A stretch of DNA of 64,000 bases from a virus (IMGVR_UViG_2744054974_000002:4951-68950), one strand, 5' to 3'; positions 1-8,955 are shown, counted from the stretch's first letter. The notes: generated by a model not told the origin, from the letters alone. Numbers and translations are program-made.

Positions 1-81
1 CGAGTCTCGTATAGACTGCAATTCATATTTTATGGTTTTTTTGGTTAATAACCAGTTTATTGTTTCTGTAAAAAGCAATGG

Positions 82-216
82 TAAGTAGTGTCGGAATTGG
101 TTAGACGATAATTGAATAAGTATTTAGGAGACATAGAAGTGGAATTCTATGCCGCCTGTCAGATAATTTCAGAAAGATATTCAATACCATTTCAGGTTCG
201 AATCCTGACTACTTAA
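82..216 (+). ncRNA. tRNA-like RNA with enlarged anticodon arm
   Basis: Acceptor stem TAAGTAG(82-88)/CTACTTA(209-215); D arm TCG-GAATTGGTTAGA-CGA; T arm TCAGG-TTCGAAT-CCTGA(192-208); 8-bp stem ATTGAATA(111-118)/TATTCAAT(178-185) enclosing 59 nt instead of a 7-nt loop; no encoded CCA. Confidence 0.7.
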
Positions 217-398
217 CGACATTCTTTTTTTCATAAAAACACTTCAACGCTGAGCCAAGTCAGCAAGTATCTGCAAAGGGTTTAAGGAAACATCCCCAAC
301 ATAGTACTAAATATTCAAGCAGGCGATATTTGAGAATTCAGATCGTGTAACGTTACATATAGTGAGTGTATACGTAGCTATATTTTATAAAAAACTGA

Positions 399-608
399 AT
401 GTTGAAGTGTTTTTTAAATCAATGTATCATGGCGAAACAGACAAAAACAACATTGCTTCCTGATAACACAGTTGTCGAGGTTGTGATGAGAAAAACTATG
501 ACACTTGCCGAATATGAAAAAATGATGCCGATTAGTAAAAGTAAAGGTTGGAAGGTACAAGCTTATCAAGAGGGTGCATATTCCGATGGATTAGGTAAAA
601 AGGTTTAA
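399..608 (+). CDS. hypothetical phage protein (likely start at ATG 429)
   Basis: ORF in operon context, ending 2 bp before the next gene. Confidence 0.65.
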   Translation: MLKCFLNQCIMAKQTKTTLLPDNTVVEVVMRKTMTLAEYEKMMPISKSKGWKVQAYQEGAYSDGLGKKV

Positions 609-610
609 TT

Positions 611-1138
611 ATGAAATCAAGATATTTTTTAGGTATTGATCCTGGCAAACAAGGTGCACTTGTTGTAATAGATGAAGACTCAAAAGTAGTTGAAATGGTA
701 GGCATGCCTTTGATAGGTAATGAATATGATAAAAAAACTATTATTGATTTTTTAAGATCATATGATTTTGTACACATTGGATTAGAAAATCCAAGCATTA
801 TTGTTTCAGTTTCTAAATCATCTGTTGCCAGCCTCTTTAAATGTGTTGGAATGTTTGAAGGTTTGTTAATGGGATTAGGTATTTCTCATTCTCTTGTGAA
901 TCCTAAAGTATGGCAGAATGAAGTTTGGGAAAATGTAAAAAAACAAACCAAACTAACTTCTGATGGTAAGAAAAAAACTGATACAAAGGCTACTTCTACT
1001 TTAGCGGCTAATAGCTTATTTGCATCTGTAAATTTTAAGGTAACAAATAAGCTTTCTAAAAGCAAGAATTATAATGATGGAATGATCGATGCTGCTTTGA
1101 TAGCGGAATATGTAAGACGAAAATTTAAAATTGAGTAG
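611..1138 (+). CDS. RuvC-like Holliday junction resolvase
   Basis: N-terminal LGIDPG, a central catalytic E (IGLEN), P..W motif and C-terminal DG..DAALIA. Confidence 0.85.
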   Translation: MKSRYFLGIDPGKQGALVVIDEDSKVVEMVGMPLIGNEYDKKTIIDFLRSYDFVHIGLENPSIIVSVSKSSVASLFKCVGMFEGLLMGLGISHSLVNPKVWQNEVWENVKKQTKLTSDGKKKTDTKATSTLAANSLFASVNFKVTNKLSKSKNYNDGMIDAALIAEYVRRKFKIE

Positions 1139-1140
1139 GT

Positions 1141-1314
1141 ATGTTAGAGCAAGCCCCTCCTTATGGAATAAGAACGCAGAACGAATTATACAACGAACGT
1201 CTAACCGAAATAGTTGACGCGATTGTACGCTACCGAAAATCAGAAATGGCTATTCCTACTGAATGGATTCAAGAATACAATACGATAATTGAGCGAATTA
1301 AAAATGAAAGTTAA
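1141..1314 (+). CDS. hypothetical phage protein, 57 aa (not in ORF track)
   Basis: Own translation MLEQAPPYGIRTQNELYNERLTEIVDAIVRYRKSEMAIPTEWIQEYNTIIERIKNES; fills the gap between neighbouring genes. Confidence 0.7.
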   Translation: MLEQAPPYGIRTQNELYNERLTEIVDAIVRYRKSEMAIPTEWIQEYNTIIERIKNES

Positions 1315-1495
1315 ATGTATTGAATGTGGAGTTAGTTTTTTTGATAAACCCCTACATAGAACAACTGAAAAAGGAAGCAAAGACCCTCAATGGATGTGTG
1401 AGGAATGTATAGTGAAAAATCATGATTTAAGTTTAATTGATGAAGAAGTGTTGAATGTAACAGATATAATTTCAAAACATATACAAGATGGATAG
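1304..1495 (+). CDS. small Zn-finger-like protein
   Basis: CxxC...CxxC (CIEC, CEEC); ATG at 1304 overlaps the end of the upstream gene. Confidence 0.65.
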   Translation: MKVKCIECGVSFFDKPLHRTTEKGSKDPQWMCEECIVKNHDLSLIDEEVLNVTDIISKHIQDG

Positions 1496-1754
1496 TTTAA
1501 ATTTTGGAAAAGCTTTAGAAGCATTAAAAGAAGGAAAAAAAGTATCAAGAGAAGGATGGAACGGAAAAGGCATGTTTGCTTATTATGTTCCTGGAGGTGT
1601 TTATAAATCTCAAACAGATGTAATTAAAAATACATTTGGAGAAGAAGTTAAGTATAGACCTTACTTGGCCTTAAAAACTGTTGATAATGACATTGCTACT
1701 TGGACTCCTAGTGTAAGTGATATTCTCGCAGAAGACTGGAATATTGTGGAATAA
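1488..1754 (+). CDS. tad2: DUF2829 / Tad2-like cyclic-nucleotide sponge (anti-Thoeris candidate)
   Basis: Hallmarks FG.ALEALK.GKKV.R.GWNGKGMF and W.PS.SDILAEDW. Confidence 0.85.
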   Translation: MDSLNFGKALEALKEGKKVSREGWNGKGMFAYYVPGGVYKSQTDVIKNTFGEEVKYRPYLALKTVDNDIATWTPSVSDILAEDWNIVE

Positions 1755-1772
1755 TTAAAAAGTAAAATTGCT

Positions 1773-2006
1773 ATGAAACAAGAAACTACAGCTCCAGCTG
1801 TTCATGACGCAAGATCAAAAGGAGAACAGATTATAGGTCGTTTTAATAACGAGAATAGAGAATCCGTGGATTTGATTAAACAAAAAGCTTCTGAATTAGT
1901 AAACTTAATTGAAGAATACGGAAAGGATCCAAGAAGAAAAGCTGCTGCAATCACAGATATCGAAAAAGGTACCATGATGGCTGTTAAATCGCTTTTTGAA
2001 TCATAA
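1773..2006 (+). CDS. Acb2/Tad1-like helical-hairpin protein (putative immune-signal sponge)
   Basis: Pattern FN...V..IKQKA.EL..LIE...R..A.AIT.IEKG.M.AVK resembles the Acb2/Tad1 hairpin family; adjacent to the Tad2-like gene. Confidence 0.55.
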   Translation: MKQETTAPAVHDARSKGEQIIGRFNNENRESVDLIKQKASELVNLIEEYGKDPRRKAAAITDIEKGTMMAVKSLFES

Positions 2007-2026
2007 GTAAGATTAGTTGTGTTGTA

Positions 2027-2060
2027 AAGGCTGGTTTCTCGTAAGCCAGCTTTTTTATTT
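2027..2060 (+). terminator. intrinsic terminator
   Basis: Hairpin GCTGGTTT-CTCGT-AAGCCAGC followed by a T-run. Confidence 0.65.
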
Positions 2061-2069
2061 TGAAATGTT

Positions 2070-2267
2070 ATGAACGAGAAAGAATTAAAGAAAATAGAAA
2101 AACACTTTGCCAAGGCCAAAGCAATTCACTGTTTGAAGCTGAACAAAGAAGTAAACATAAGCAACGTTCCTCGATTGCAGTATAATCCGGATGAAGATAC
2201 AGTAACAAGTCCTTCTGGTATTATCTGCTTTTGGAAACAGGGCGAGTTCGCAAAGATTATTAAGTAA
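2070..2267 (+). CDS. hypothetical protein
   Basis: ORF in operon context. Confidence 0.65.
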   Translation: MNEKELKKIEKHFAKAKAIHCLKLNKEVNISNVPRLQYNPDEDTVTSPSGIICFWKQGEFAKIIK

Positions 2268-2282
2268 CTAAACGGATTAATT

Positions 2283-2579
2283 ATGAGGGCAAGTGGAAAA
2301 ACAACCAGAATGGTAGATGAAGCTATTCAGGTGCTATTTACAAAAGGAAGTATTTATATTCCTACAAAAACTCACATAGAGAAAAATATAAAAGACTCTG
2401 GTAGTATTAAGAAAAACATGAACTACATAGTAGATCCTGATTGGGATAAAGGGCGTTCTCAAGAACAACTCTTTTGGACTATAATTAAAAGACTTAGAAG
2501 TGAACACAGATTAGGTGAAACGAAAAAATTAACACTCAATGCAAAATATAGAGTAATCATTTATAATATAGAGAAATGA
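2283..2579 (+). CDS. hypothetical protein with N-terminal R.SGKTT motif
   Basis: ORF; its stop overlaps the start of the next gene (ATGA). Confidence 0.65.
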   Translation: MRASGKTTRMVDEAIQVLFTKGSIYIPTKTHIEKNIKDSGSIKKNMNYIVDPDWDKGRSQEQLFWTIIKRLRSEHRLGETKKLTLNAKYRVIIYNIEK

Positions 2580-2860
2580 AACTATTAGGAGATAGAATTT
2601 TATGCACTCGCATAGTTGAAGAAAAACAAACCACAAGCGGTTTAATCTTACCCACAAACTACCAAAGTGAAGATGAATACAAAGTAGTTGATATCGGGGT
2701 AAAAGTGAAACATATCAAACCAGGTGATCGCGTTAGAAAGTTTAAATACTCGGATGGGGTTCAAAGTGTTATTGATGGTATTGAGTATCTTGTTTTGAGT
2801 GAAAAGGATGATGTTGATATTATAAAACAACAATCTGAATTACAAGACATTAACCTTTAA
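2576..2860 (+). CDS. groES: GroES-like co-chaperonin
   Basis: MKLLGDRIL...E.QT.SGLILP...VV.IG...IKPGDRV...DG.EYLVLSE.D matches the Cpn10 pattern. Confidence 0.85.
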   Translation: MKLLGDRILCTRIVEEKQTTSGLILPTNYQSEDEYKVVDIGVKVKHIKPGDRVRKFKYSDGVQSVIDGIEYLVLSEKDDVDIIKQQSELQDINL

Positions 2861-2904
2861 TCAATTAAATAAAAAAATATTGTTTTAACATATTTTTAAC
2901 ATAC

Positions 2905-2929
2905 AAGTGTAAATTATTTTTTACATTTG
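2905..2929 (+). promoter_or_regulatory. Bacteroidota sigma70-type promoter (-7 TACATTTG) overlapped by palindrome TGTAAA-N6-TTTACA
   Basis: TAnnTTTG at 2922-2929; 24/25 identical to 61591-61615. Confidence 0.6.
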
Positions 2930-2946
2930 TCCAAGTAGAATAAAAG

Positions 2947-2983
2947 AAAAAAGTAGTGCTACTATTATTCACACTACTTTTTT
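2947..2983. terminator. bidirectional terminator-like hairpin
   Basis: AAAAAAGTAGTG-N13-CACTACTTTTTT. Confidence 0.6.
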
Positions 2984-2987
2984 ATGT

Positions 2988-3083
2988 TTACAAATCAGCT
3001 ACAGTTATTATCGTTTTTATAGCATAATATGTAAACATCACTAAGTTTCTTAGGTGTTCCATTATGTTTTTCTTCTTCTTCAT
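2988..3083 (-). CDS. small basic/hydrophobic peptide, candidate type I toxin (31 aa; 40 aa if the ATG at 3110 is used)
   Basis: Own translation MKKKKNIMEHLRNLVMFTYYAIKTIITVADL; a minus-strand TATATTTG promoter lies at 3349-3356 and a terminator sits just downstream of the stop. Confidence 0.45.
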   Translation of the reverse strand: MKKKKNIMEHLRNLVMFTYYAIKTIITVADL

Positions 3084-3146
3084 TTTGCCATGAATTTGAT
3101 TGTTAAACATAAACTGCTCAGCACCCGAAGCGAGGTTTTTTGATAA

Positions 3147-3183
3147 TAAAAAAAAAGTTGAAATTAGGCCTTCAACTTTTTTT
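3147..3183. terminator. hairpin terminator
   Basis: AAAAAAAGTTGAA-ATTAGGCC-TTCAACTTTTTTT. Confidence 0.6.
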
Positions 3184-3493
3184 GTTGTTTATCATTAATT
3201 TCTTAAACTGAATACCGCTAATTTACTACTAAGATTATTCTATATCAACTCTTTTTTAGATTAAGTTATCAAATTTTGTTAATAACTTTTACACTATTGA
3301 GTCTGTATGGGTTTATCTTGATTTTGTAAATCTGAAACATTCACTTTGCAAATATAAATAGAATTTCAATACGGTCATTTTTCACAAAATACCATTGTAA
3401 AATTATCTATCAGTTCGATTTACTTTTTCCCGAAACTTTAACTTTTCAAATAATTATATTACGTTTGGTGATTATTTTTATCACCTGTTAATT

Positions 3494-4315
3494 ATGAAAG
3501 ATTTTCTCGGATCAATATTTAAAACAACTGAAGAAAGGCTCAAAAATCCGTTTGTTGGGTCTTTTATTATATCCTTTATCGCATTCAATTGGAAACCTAT
3601 ACTAATAGTTATATTCTCAAACATTCCAATTGAAGATAGGGTTTCTTATGTTTCTAATAATTATTCAGACGTTGCTTATTTGTTAGTGCTCCCTTTGCTT
3701 CTTTCTTTATTTTATGTTCTTTTTTTACCAAAAATAATGTGTTGGATAGATGAGAATACATTTGAGTCATTTAAGAAAAGAAATGAACACTTATATCATT
3801 CAAAAACTGTTGATATAGAAGGACAAATCACTATTGCTGATAAAGAAATAGAACTAGAAGATAAAAGAGCAAATTATAAAGAAAAATCTGATTTAAATAA
3901 TCAAATTAAGCAATTGAAAAATGAAATAGATATCTATAAGGCTGATATTGATGATTTGACAAATAAATTGAATGATTCAACAATTAAAAACAATGATTTA
4001 AATAGTCTTTTTAATGCCCGAGAAAAAGAAATTAAAGTTTTTCTTGATAAGAAATTAATTGAAAATGATTATTTACAGGAATATCTAAACACTCCCTCTT
4101 CAACATTAAAAGAGTTTAGTGAAAATTTTTATGACATCAATTATATGACTAATAATAGAGAAAGCAAACTATTACTAGACAGGTTTATTTCTCTTAACTT
4201 AATACGAAAACTAAGACCAGAAGAGCTAGGTTTAGATAAATCAGAGAAATTCACATTAACTGATAAAGGGTGGTTTTTTGCAAGAAATAAATTTGAAGAT
4301 GAACTTAAATATTAA
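3494..4315 (+). CDS. accessory (moron) membrane protein with coiled coil
   Basis: Two hydrophobic segments then heptads; very AT-rich; own promoter TACGTTTG at 3460-3467; convergent with the structural operon. Confidence 0.75.
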   Translation: MKDFLGSIFKTTEERLKNPFVGSFIISFIAFNWKPILIVIFSNIPIEDRVSYVSNNYSDVAYLLVLPLLLSLFYVLFLPKIMCWIDENTFESFKKRNEHLYHSKTVDIEGQITIADKEIELEDKRANYKEKSDLNNQIKQLKNEIDIYKADIDDLTNKLNDSTIKNNDLNSLFNAREKEIKVFLDKKLIENDYLQEYLNTPSSTLKEFSENFYDINYMTNNRESKLLLDRFISLNLIRKLRPEELGLDKSEKFTLTDKGWFFARNKFEDELKY

Positions 4316-4896
4316 GTATTATTAACTCTAGCCCAAAGCAATTTCACTGTTTTGGGCTTTTCTTTTTTATTTAGCTTTTCAATGATTTCAGCTTTAATCA
4401 AATCGCTTTTAGAGGCTTCTTTTGAGTTATAAAGTTCAGTAGGTATATCTATCTCCCCAGCTAACATTTCGTGCATTTCTTGGCAAATTTGACGTGCTTT
4501 CGCAGTCATGGCATAAATATGCTCGTTTTTGTTTTTGCCTTTAGCTGCACGCGATACATATCCCATTCGGATAAGGCTATCGATGTTCTTGTAGGTATAT
4601 CGTATCTGAGCGATTTCTTTTAGATCGCCAGTCATGAAATAGTTTTTAGGAACCAGGTATAAAATGGTTTCTAATAGAGTAACACTGATATCGTACTTTC
4701 TTTGTAAGGCATGTCGGACGTAACCAAAGTTCTCGAGTAAGTCATAACCTTTGTAAATCCTCGCGTACTGTAACCTGGTATATACTTCCTTTTCTTGTCC
4801 TTTGTGAAAGGCCTCTACAATTTTTGTTTTATCATTCTCCATTCGTTTTTTAGCCAATGGAGGAAGTTTGAACATCAAATCTAATCGTTTGCTCAT
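4312..4896 (-). CDS. putative winged-helix DNA-binding protein
   Basis: MarR-like pattern LETILYL...I..LIR.GYV.R...IY.MT.KA; last gene of the structural operon. Confidence 0.5.
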   Translation of the reverse strand: MSKRLDLMFKLPPLAKKRMENDKTKIVEAFHKGQEKEVYTRLQYARIYKGYDLLENFGYVRHALQRKYDISVTLLETILYLVPKNYFMTGDLKEIAQIRYTYKNIDSLIRMGYVSRAAKGKNKNEHIYAMTAKARQICQEMHEMLAGEIDIPTELYNSKEASKSDLIKAEIIEKLNKKEKPKTVKLLWARVNNT

Positions 4897-4899
4897 AGT

Positions 4900-5727
4900 T
4901 TAGAAGTGTCGAATTATTTCGTACAGTTTTATGTTTAGTCGGTCTAGCTTAGCTTTGTGAAGTGTTGTTTTGTACCTCAACAAGGCGCGTTGTTTTTCAT
5001 TGGCAGGAACGTTTCTTCTTTTTTCAATACAGGCATAGTAAATCCAATTCTCAAGAGTTTCTTTTAAGTCCTTGTGAATGGTTATTTCCTCCTCGTTTAG
5101 TTCCGCTTGCAAACCGTCTGAGATATACTCGATAACTACTTCCTTATCCATTAAATCGGAACTGAATAGTATATTTCCTTTTCGATCGTCGATTACAAAC
5201 TCACCATATTTTGAAACCTTACTTGTATCTAGGTATTTACCTTGACCACAACTGCCCAAATCAGAAACTTTATATCGCTTATGTGGATGCACATAGGCAT
5301 TGGAAGAATCGGAAGTCAAAATCATTCCGTTGTTATCAAACAACAAATCTCCTTTATGGTCTTGCAAATATCCGATTGCTGTATTTATGTTTCGGTTTTC
5401 ATTTAGAGGCTGAAGAACAAATCCGTTTGTAATTGGATCTCGTGTAACTAAGGAGATACGAACCCAATTCACATAATCCTTTGGAACTACAACAACCAAG
5501 TTGTCGGGTACCGTAATTTCAAAAGCTAGAATATCATTAGCTGCTTCTTGATTTAGATTTCTGATTCCCTCTTTTGCGTATTGAATAAATCTAAAACGCG
5601 GAGTGTTCTTTAAATAACTATCATCATCTAATGATTCTGTTACCATATCGTTGATCACTTTACTTAAAGCCACATACTGATATGCTCCATGACCATCTTT
5701 ATTGTCTATGTATTCTAAATCTGTCAT
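4900..5727 (-). CDS. tail ring/adaptor protein (crAss-like)
   Basis: Position after the capsid genes; motifs P.DYVNWVRIS, I.FSSDL..K.VV.EYISDGL. Confidence 0.7.
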   Translation of the reverse strand: MTDLEYIDNKDGHGAYQYVALSKVINDMVTESLDDDSYLKNTPRFRFIQYAKEGIRNLNQEAANDILAFEITVPDNLVVVVPKDYVNWVRISLVTRDPITNGFVLQPLNENRNINTAIGYLQDHKGDLLFDNNGMILTSDSSNAYVHPHKRYKVSDLGSCGQGKYLDTSKVSKYGEFVIDDRKGNILFSSDLMDKEVVIEYISDGLQAELNEEEITIHKDLKETLENWIYYACIEKRRNVPANEKQRALLRYKTTLHKAKLDRLNIKLYEIIRHF

Positions 5728-6440
5728 TAGCTTTGCATTTCTTGGTTGAACTCAATGTTTTGTTGCTGGGCCATTATTTGCTGTAAATCTTGTTCTTTCA
5801 AGTTTATTCCTACTTTTTGAAGTGTTTTTATAATTACGTTTGACACCTCGCTTTGGTGGATATCCAAATCTTGGAAGTCGGAAGCATCCGGATTAAACAC
5901 TTCTGTGTCATTCACTACAAAAAATGTCCAATTAGGAACTTTAGGTTTTCTCAAATAACTGAGGGTTGCTTCATTATAACCGTTCGGGTATATAACAATG
6001 GTAGTAGCATCACTTTTATACCCTATTGGGTATGTTCTGTTCGCTGTATTTTTAACTATTTGGAACTCTCTAAGGCTTTTTAATAACTCTACTTCTACCT
6101 CATCAACAAATACATTATCAAGATATCTAACATCGTTAGGAAGCGATATTTTGCCACTAGACACACTTACTTCTTCTGACTTTAAGAAGTGGTTTATTTT
6201 ATCCCTAATCAAATCGGGAATATTCTCTAAGCCGTTTCCAACTAAACCTTTGTTTTGACGATTGAGCATTCGGTTTAGTTCATAGAAATAGGATTCGTAT
6301 ATCTCTTCAACTGTTGTGTTGATCAATAGTCTAATATCAGATGGTTTTACATTTCCACGGACTTCTGAATTCGCGATAGTTAAAACAGTTCGGTAAACTA
6401 AATCAATTAAATACATAGTAAATAGAGTTAAAAAAAGCAC
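5727..6440 (-). CDS. tail ring/adaptor protein (crAss-like); likely start at MYLIDLVYRTVL
   Basis: VY.TVL.I.N.E.RG...P..; Y.RKP..PNW motif typical of crAss-like ring proteins. Confidence 0.7.
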   Translation of the reverse strand: MLFLTLFTMYLIDLVYRTVLTIANSEVRGNVKPSDIRLLINTTVEEIYESYFYELNRMLNRQNKGLVGNGLENIPDLIRDKINHFLKSEEVSVSSGKISLPNDVRYLDNVFVDEVEVELLKSLREFQIVKNTANRTYPIGYKSDATTIVIYPNGYNEATLSYLRKPKVPNWTFFVVNDTEVFNPDASDFQDLDIHQSEVSNVIIKTLQKVGINLKEQDLQQIMAQQQNIEFNQEMQS

Positions 6441-6458
6441 CCTTTCGAGTGCTTTCTA

Positions 6459-7526
6459 TTATTCGCTTAATTTTCTTAAAATCCACTCAAGGTCGTTTTT
6501 TACATTCGGACCAGGTTCTTTTCTAAACTTCTCAATATACTTTGCTGTAGCTTCTTCCAAAGTCATTTCTACTTTATTAGTAGCTTCTGCTTGAGTAGAT
6601 GGAGTGTTTATTTCATGAACACTTCCTTTGTTAGCAGCTTCTAATTGAGCTTTCAACTGTGCGATTTCATCGTCTTTAGCTTGAAGTTTACTTGCAGATT
6701 CTGTTTCTAATTCAGCTAGTTTTGCATCTTTAGCTTGAAGTTCTTTTTCTGAAACTGAGTTAACTGGGGTTTGTTCTTCTTGCTGAGTACCAATGCCTAG
6801 TTTTTGAGAAATAATCTGTAACATGTTGTAACTTTGCTCATTGTTTTGAGAAAGCAATCTTGCTAACTTCTCTACTCCAATTTCACCAGTACCTAATGTT
6901 AAGATTAGGTTTTCTGTATCAGACCAAACTACAGCAGTATGACCAAGGTTTGTTTTTACGATCTTATCAATAAATGCTTTCGCAGCTATAAATTGAGACT
7001 CATAATCCATTCCTTCGATTTTAGAAATAACTTGTGTAGGATTGCTGAAGGCTAATTCTTTTAACTTAGCCATAGCTACAGTAGGTAAATAATGCATCGC
7101 ATCTACGCCTAACACAACGACGCCTTTAGCTCTTACTTCTAAATCATTTGCTGACTCAATCAGTTTTAAAGCTTTCTCAATGTTGTTGTACTTAGATAAA
7201 GCCCTCTCACTTTCAATTTCTTCACTGAAGATTTCAAACTTTTTACCATAATGCGGATGTAACTTTAATAGGGTAATTAAGTTAACATCTGTATTAGGAA
7301 CAGTTAATTCAGTTTTGTTTGTTGAAGGATTGAATTCAAAAGCAGGAATCAATTGTGGTTTTAAATCTTTGTTCTTGATATCCTCAACAAAAATAGAATC
7401 TTGTCCAGGATAGTATGCAGCAAATTTTAATCCAACTCCTTTTTTTTCAATCATTAAGCCATTTTGCTTAACACTCCAACTTGTAGGACTTCCTTTTAAT
7501 AAAACGAATGTTGTTGTATTTGACAT
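6459..7526 (-). CDS. capsid-adjacent hypothetical protein with C-terminal coiled coil
   Basis: Position immediately downstream of the MCP. Confidence 0.7.
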   Translation of the reverse strand: MSNTTTFVLLKGSPTSWSVKQNGLMIEKKGVGLKFAAYYPGQDSIFVEDIKNKDLKPQLIPAFEFNPSTNKTELTVPNTDVNLITLLKLHPHYGKKFEIFSEEIESERALSKYNNIEKALKLIESANDLEVRAKGVVVLGVDAMHYLPTVAMAKLKELAFSNPTQVISKIEGMDYESQFIAAKAFIDKIVKTNLGHTAVVWSDTENLILTLGTGEIGVEKLARLLSQNNEQSYNMLQIISQKLGIGTQQEEQTPVNSVSEKELQAKDAKLAELETESASKLQAKDDEIAQLKAQLEAANKGSVHEINTPSTQAEATNKVEMTLEEATAKYIEKFRKEPGPNVKNDLEWILRKLSE

Positions 7527-7588
7527 GTTTTTATTTTTTACAGTTAAAAAAATAAGTAGGGAGACTAACTCCCTACCTCTATTTTATA

Positions 7589-8950
7589 TTACAGATAGAA
7601 ACTATCTGATTTTCTTCCCACAAAGAAGTTATTTGCTGCGGCAATATCTACAGTTCCTTCAGTCAAATAAGTAACGAAAGATTTATCATCTTCTACTTGT
7701 TGACCAAATTTACCAAAGAACTTAACCTCTTTTTCTCTGTTTACTAATTCGTTCTTACGATAACGTAATTCTAAATAAGGTTTAGAAATTGTATTCCCAT
7801 TTTCAGTTACATGAGTATTTCCAGAAGGCACACCAACGTAAGCAAAAGATGTTTTGTCAAATTTTGATGCCCCTAATAATGTTGGATCATCTGGTATAGC
7901 CCAAGAAACAAAATGGAACTGAACACCATCAATGAAAATAGACACAAAATCTAAGTTCAAAGCCATCTCTTTGCTATTGTTAAATGCTCCATAATGAGAC
8001 CCATTTACAAATGATGCATTAATCCCCGAAGCTAATTCTCGAATCTTGGCCATTTGTTCATGTCCCATCCATAAAGTAAGCTCACGACAAGTACCTTGTT
8101 GCTTTAAACGTAAAGCCATGTTTGATAAGTCAGATAATGTTGATATGAAGTCATTAGACACATTACCTCTTGCTTCAATAAGAGGAATAACTCCATTCAT
8201 ACCTTGAGCAAATCCAGCTTTAGTTGAATCTGCATCATCAGCTGCTCTTTCATGAGTTAAGAATGTTAATTCATTCTTATTGTCGTACAAAGTATTTGTA
8301 CGTTCCATTTCAAGATTAAACCAACGAGGGCCTTCTGGTGTATTTATCCACGTTTTATGAGCCAAATCTGAATCAGCAATACCATAATATTCTTTAAAAA
8401 TATGAGTATGGTTTGTGTAAATTGTGGGTTTCCAATGTTTTCCTTCTTTAAATCCTTTATCTCCCTTTAAGAAACGAGATGAAAAATCAGCATTTACTGT
8501 AACAGCAACAGTAGGAAAATCCCCCACAGCATCATTCAATCCGATAAATTTCGTTTTAGAAATAATCTGAGAAACAATTGCTTGATACTCATTTTCTCCA
8601 TCAGAAATCTTCACTACATCATTAACTCGTAAATTGTGAGGTTTAGGGCAAGTAAACTCATTGTTTACAATCGTTACACCTGCAATGGAATTGTGTAAAC
8701 GATTCATTTCAGCATGCTGAATCGTATCTGATTCATATCCACGTCCTGTTTTTCCTGCAGTAGCACGTAAAAAACCTAATATTGATCCTTTACCATTCGC
8801 GTAAACAAGATCAGGAATTAACTCAGGTTGATAATGCATCGCATAATCATACAAATTGATGAAGTTATATGGAGTAGCCACCAACTCATTATTTGTGTTT
8901 TCATTAATAGACAACCCTGATAAGTTATTTTCTTTTAATTCAAAAGCCAT
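7589..8950 (-). CDS. major capsid protein (crAss-like)
   Basis: 453 aa; gene order terL-portal-scaffold-MCP; G..G....I..RGN and AANNF motifs; followed by a hairpin at 7554-7578. Confidence 0.8.
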   Translation of the reverse strand: MAFELKENNLSGLSINENTNNELVATPYNFINLYDYAMHYQPELIPDLVYANGKGSILGFLRATAGKTGRGYESDTIQHAEMNRLHNSIAGVTIVNNEFTCPKPHNLRVNDVVKISDGENEYQAIVSQIISKTKFIGLNDAVGDFPTVAVTVNADFSSRFLKGDKGFKEGKHWKPTIYTNHTHIFKEYYGIADSDLAHKTWINTPEGPRWFNLEMERTNTLYDNKNELTFLTHERAADDADSTKAGFAQGMNGVIPLIEARGNVSNDFISTLSDLSNMALRLKQQGTCRELTLWMGHEQMAKIRELASGINASFVNGSHYGAFNNSKEMALNLDFVSIFIDGVQFHFVSWAIPDDPTLLGASKFDKTSFAYVGVPSGNTHVTENGNTISKPYLELRYRKNELVNREKEVKFFGKFGQQVEDDKSFVTYLTEGTVDIAAANNFFVGRKSDSFYL

Positions 8951-8955
8951 AGTTA

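Noticed and set aside
6-14. CTCGTATAG at the window start matching the arm of the 59047-59092 inverted repeat
   Set aside because: It is only a 9-bp match, truncated by the window edge, and cannot be distinguished from chance.
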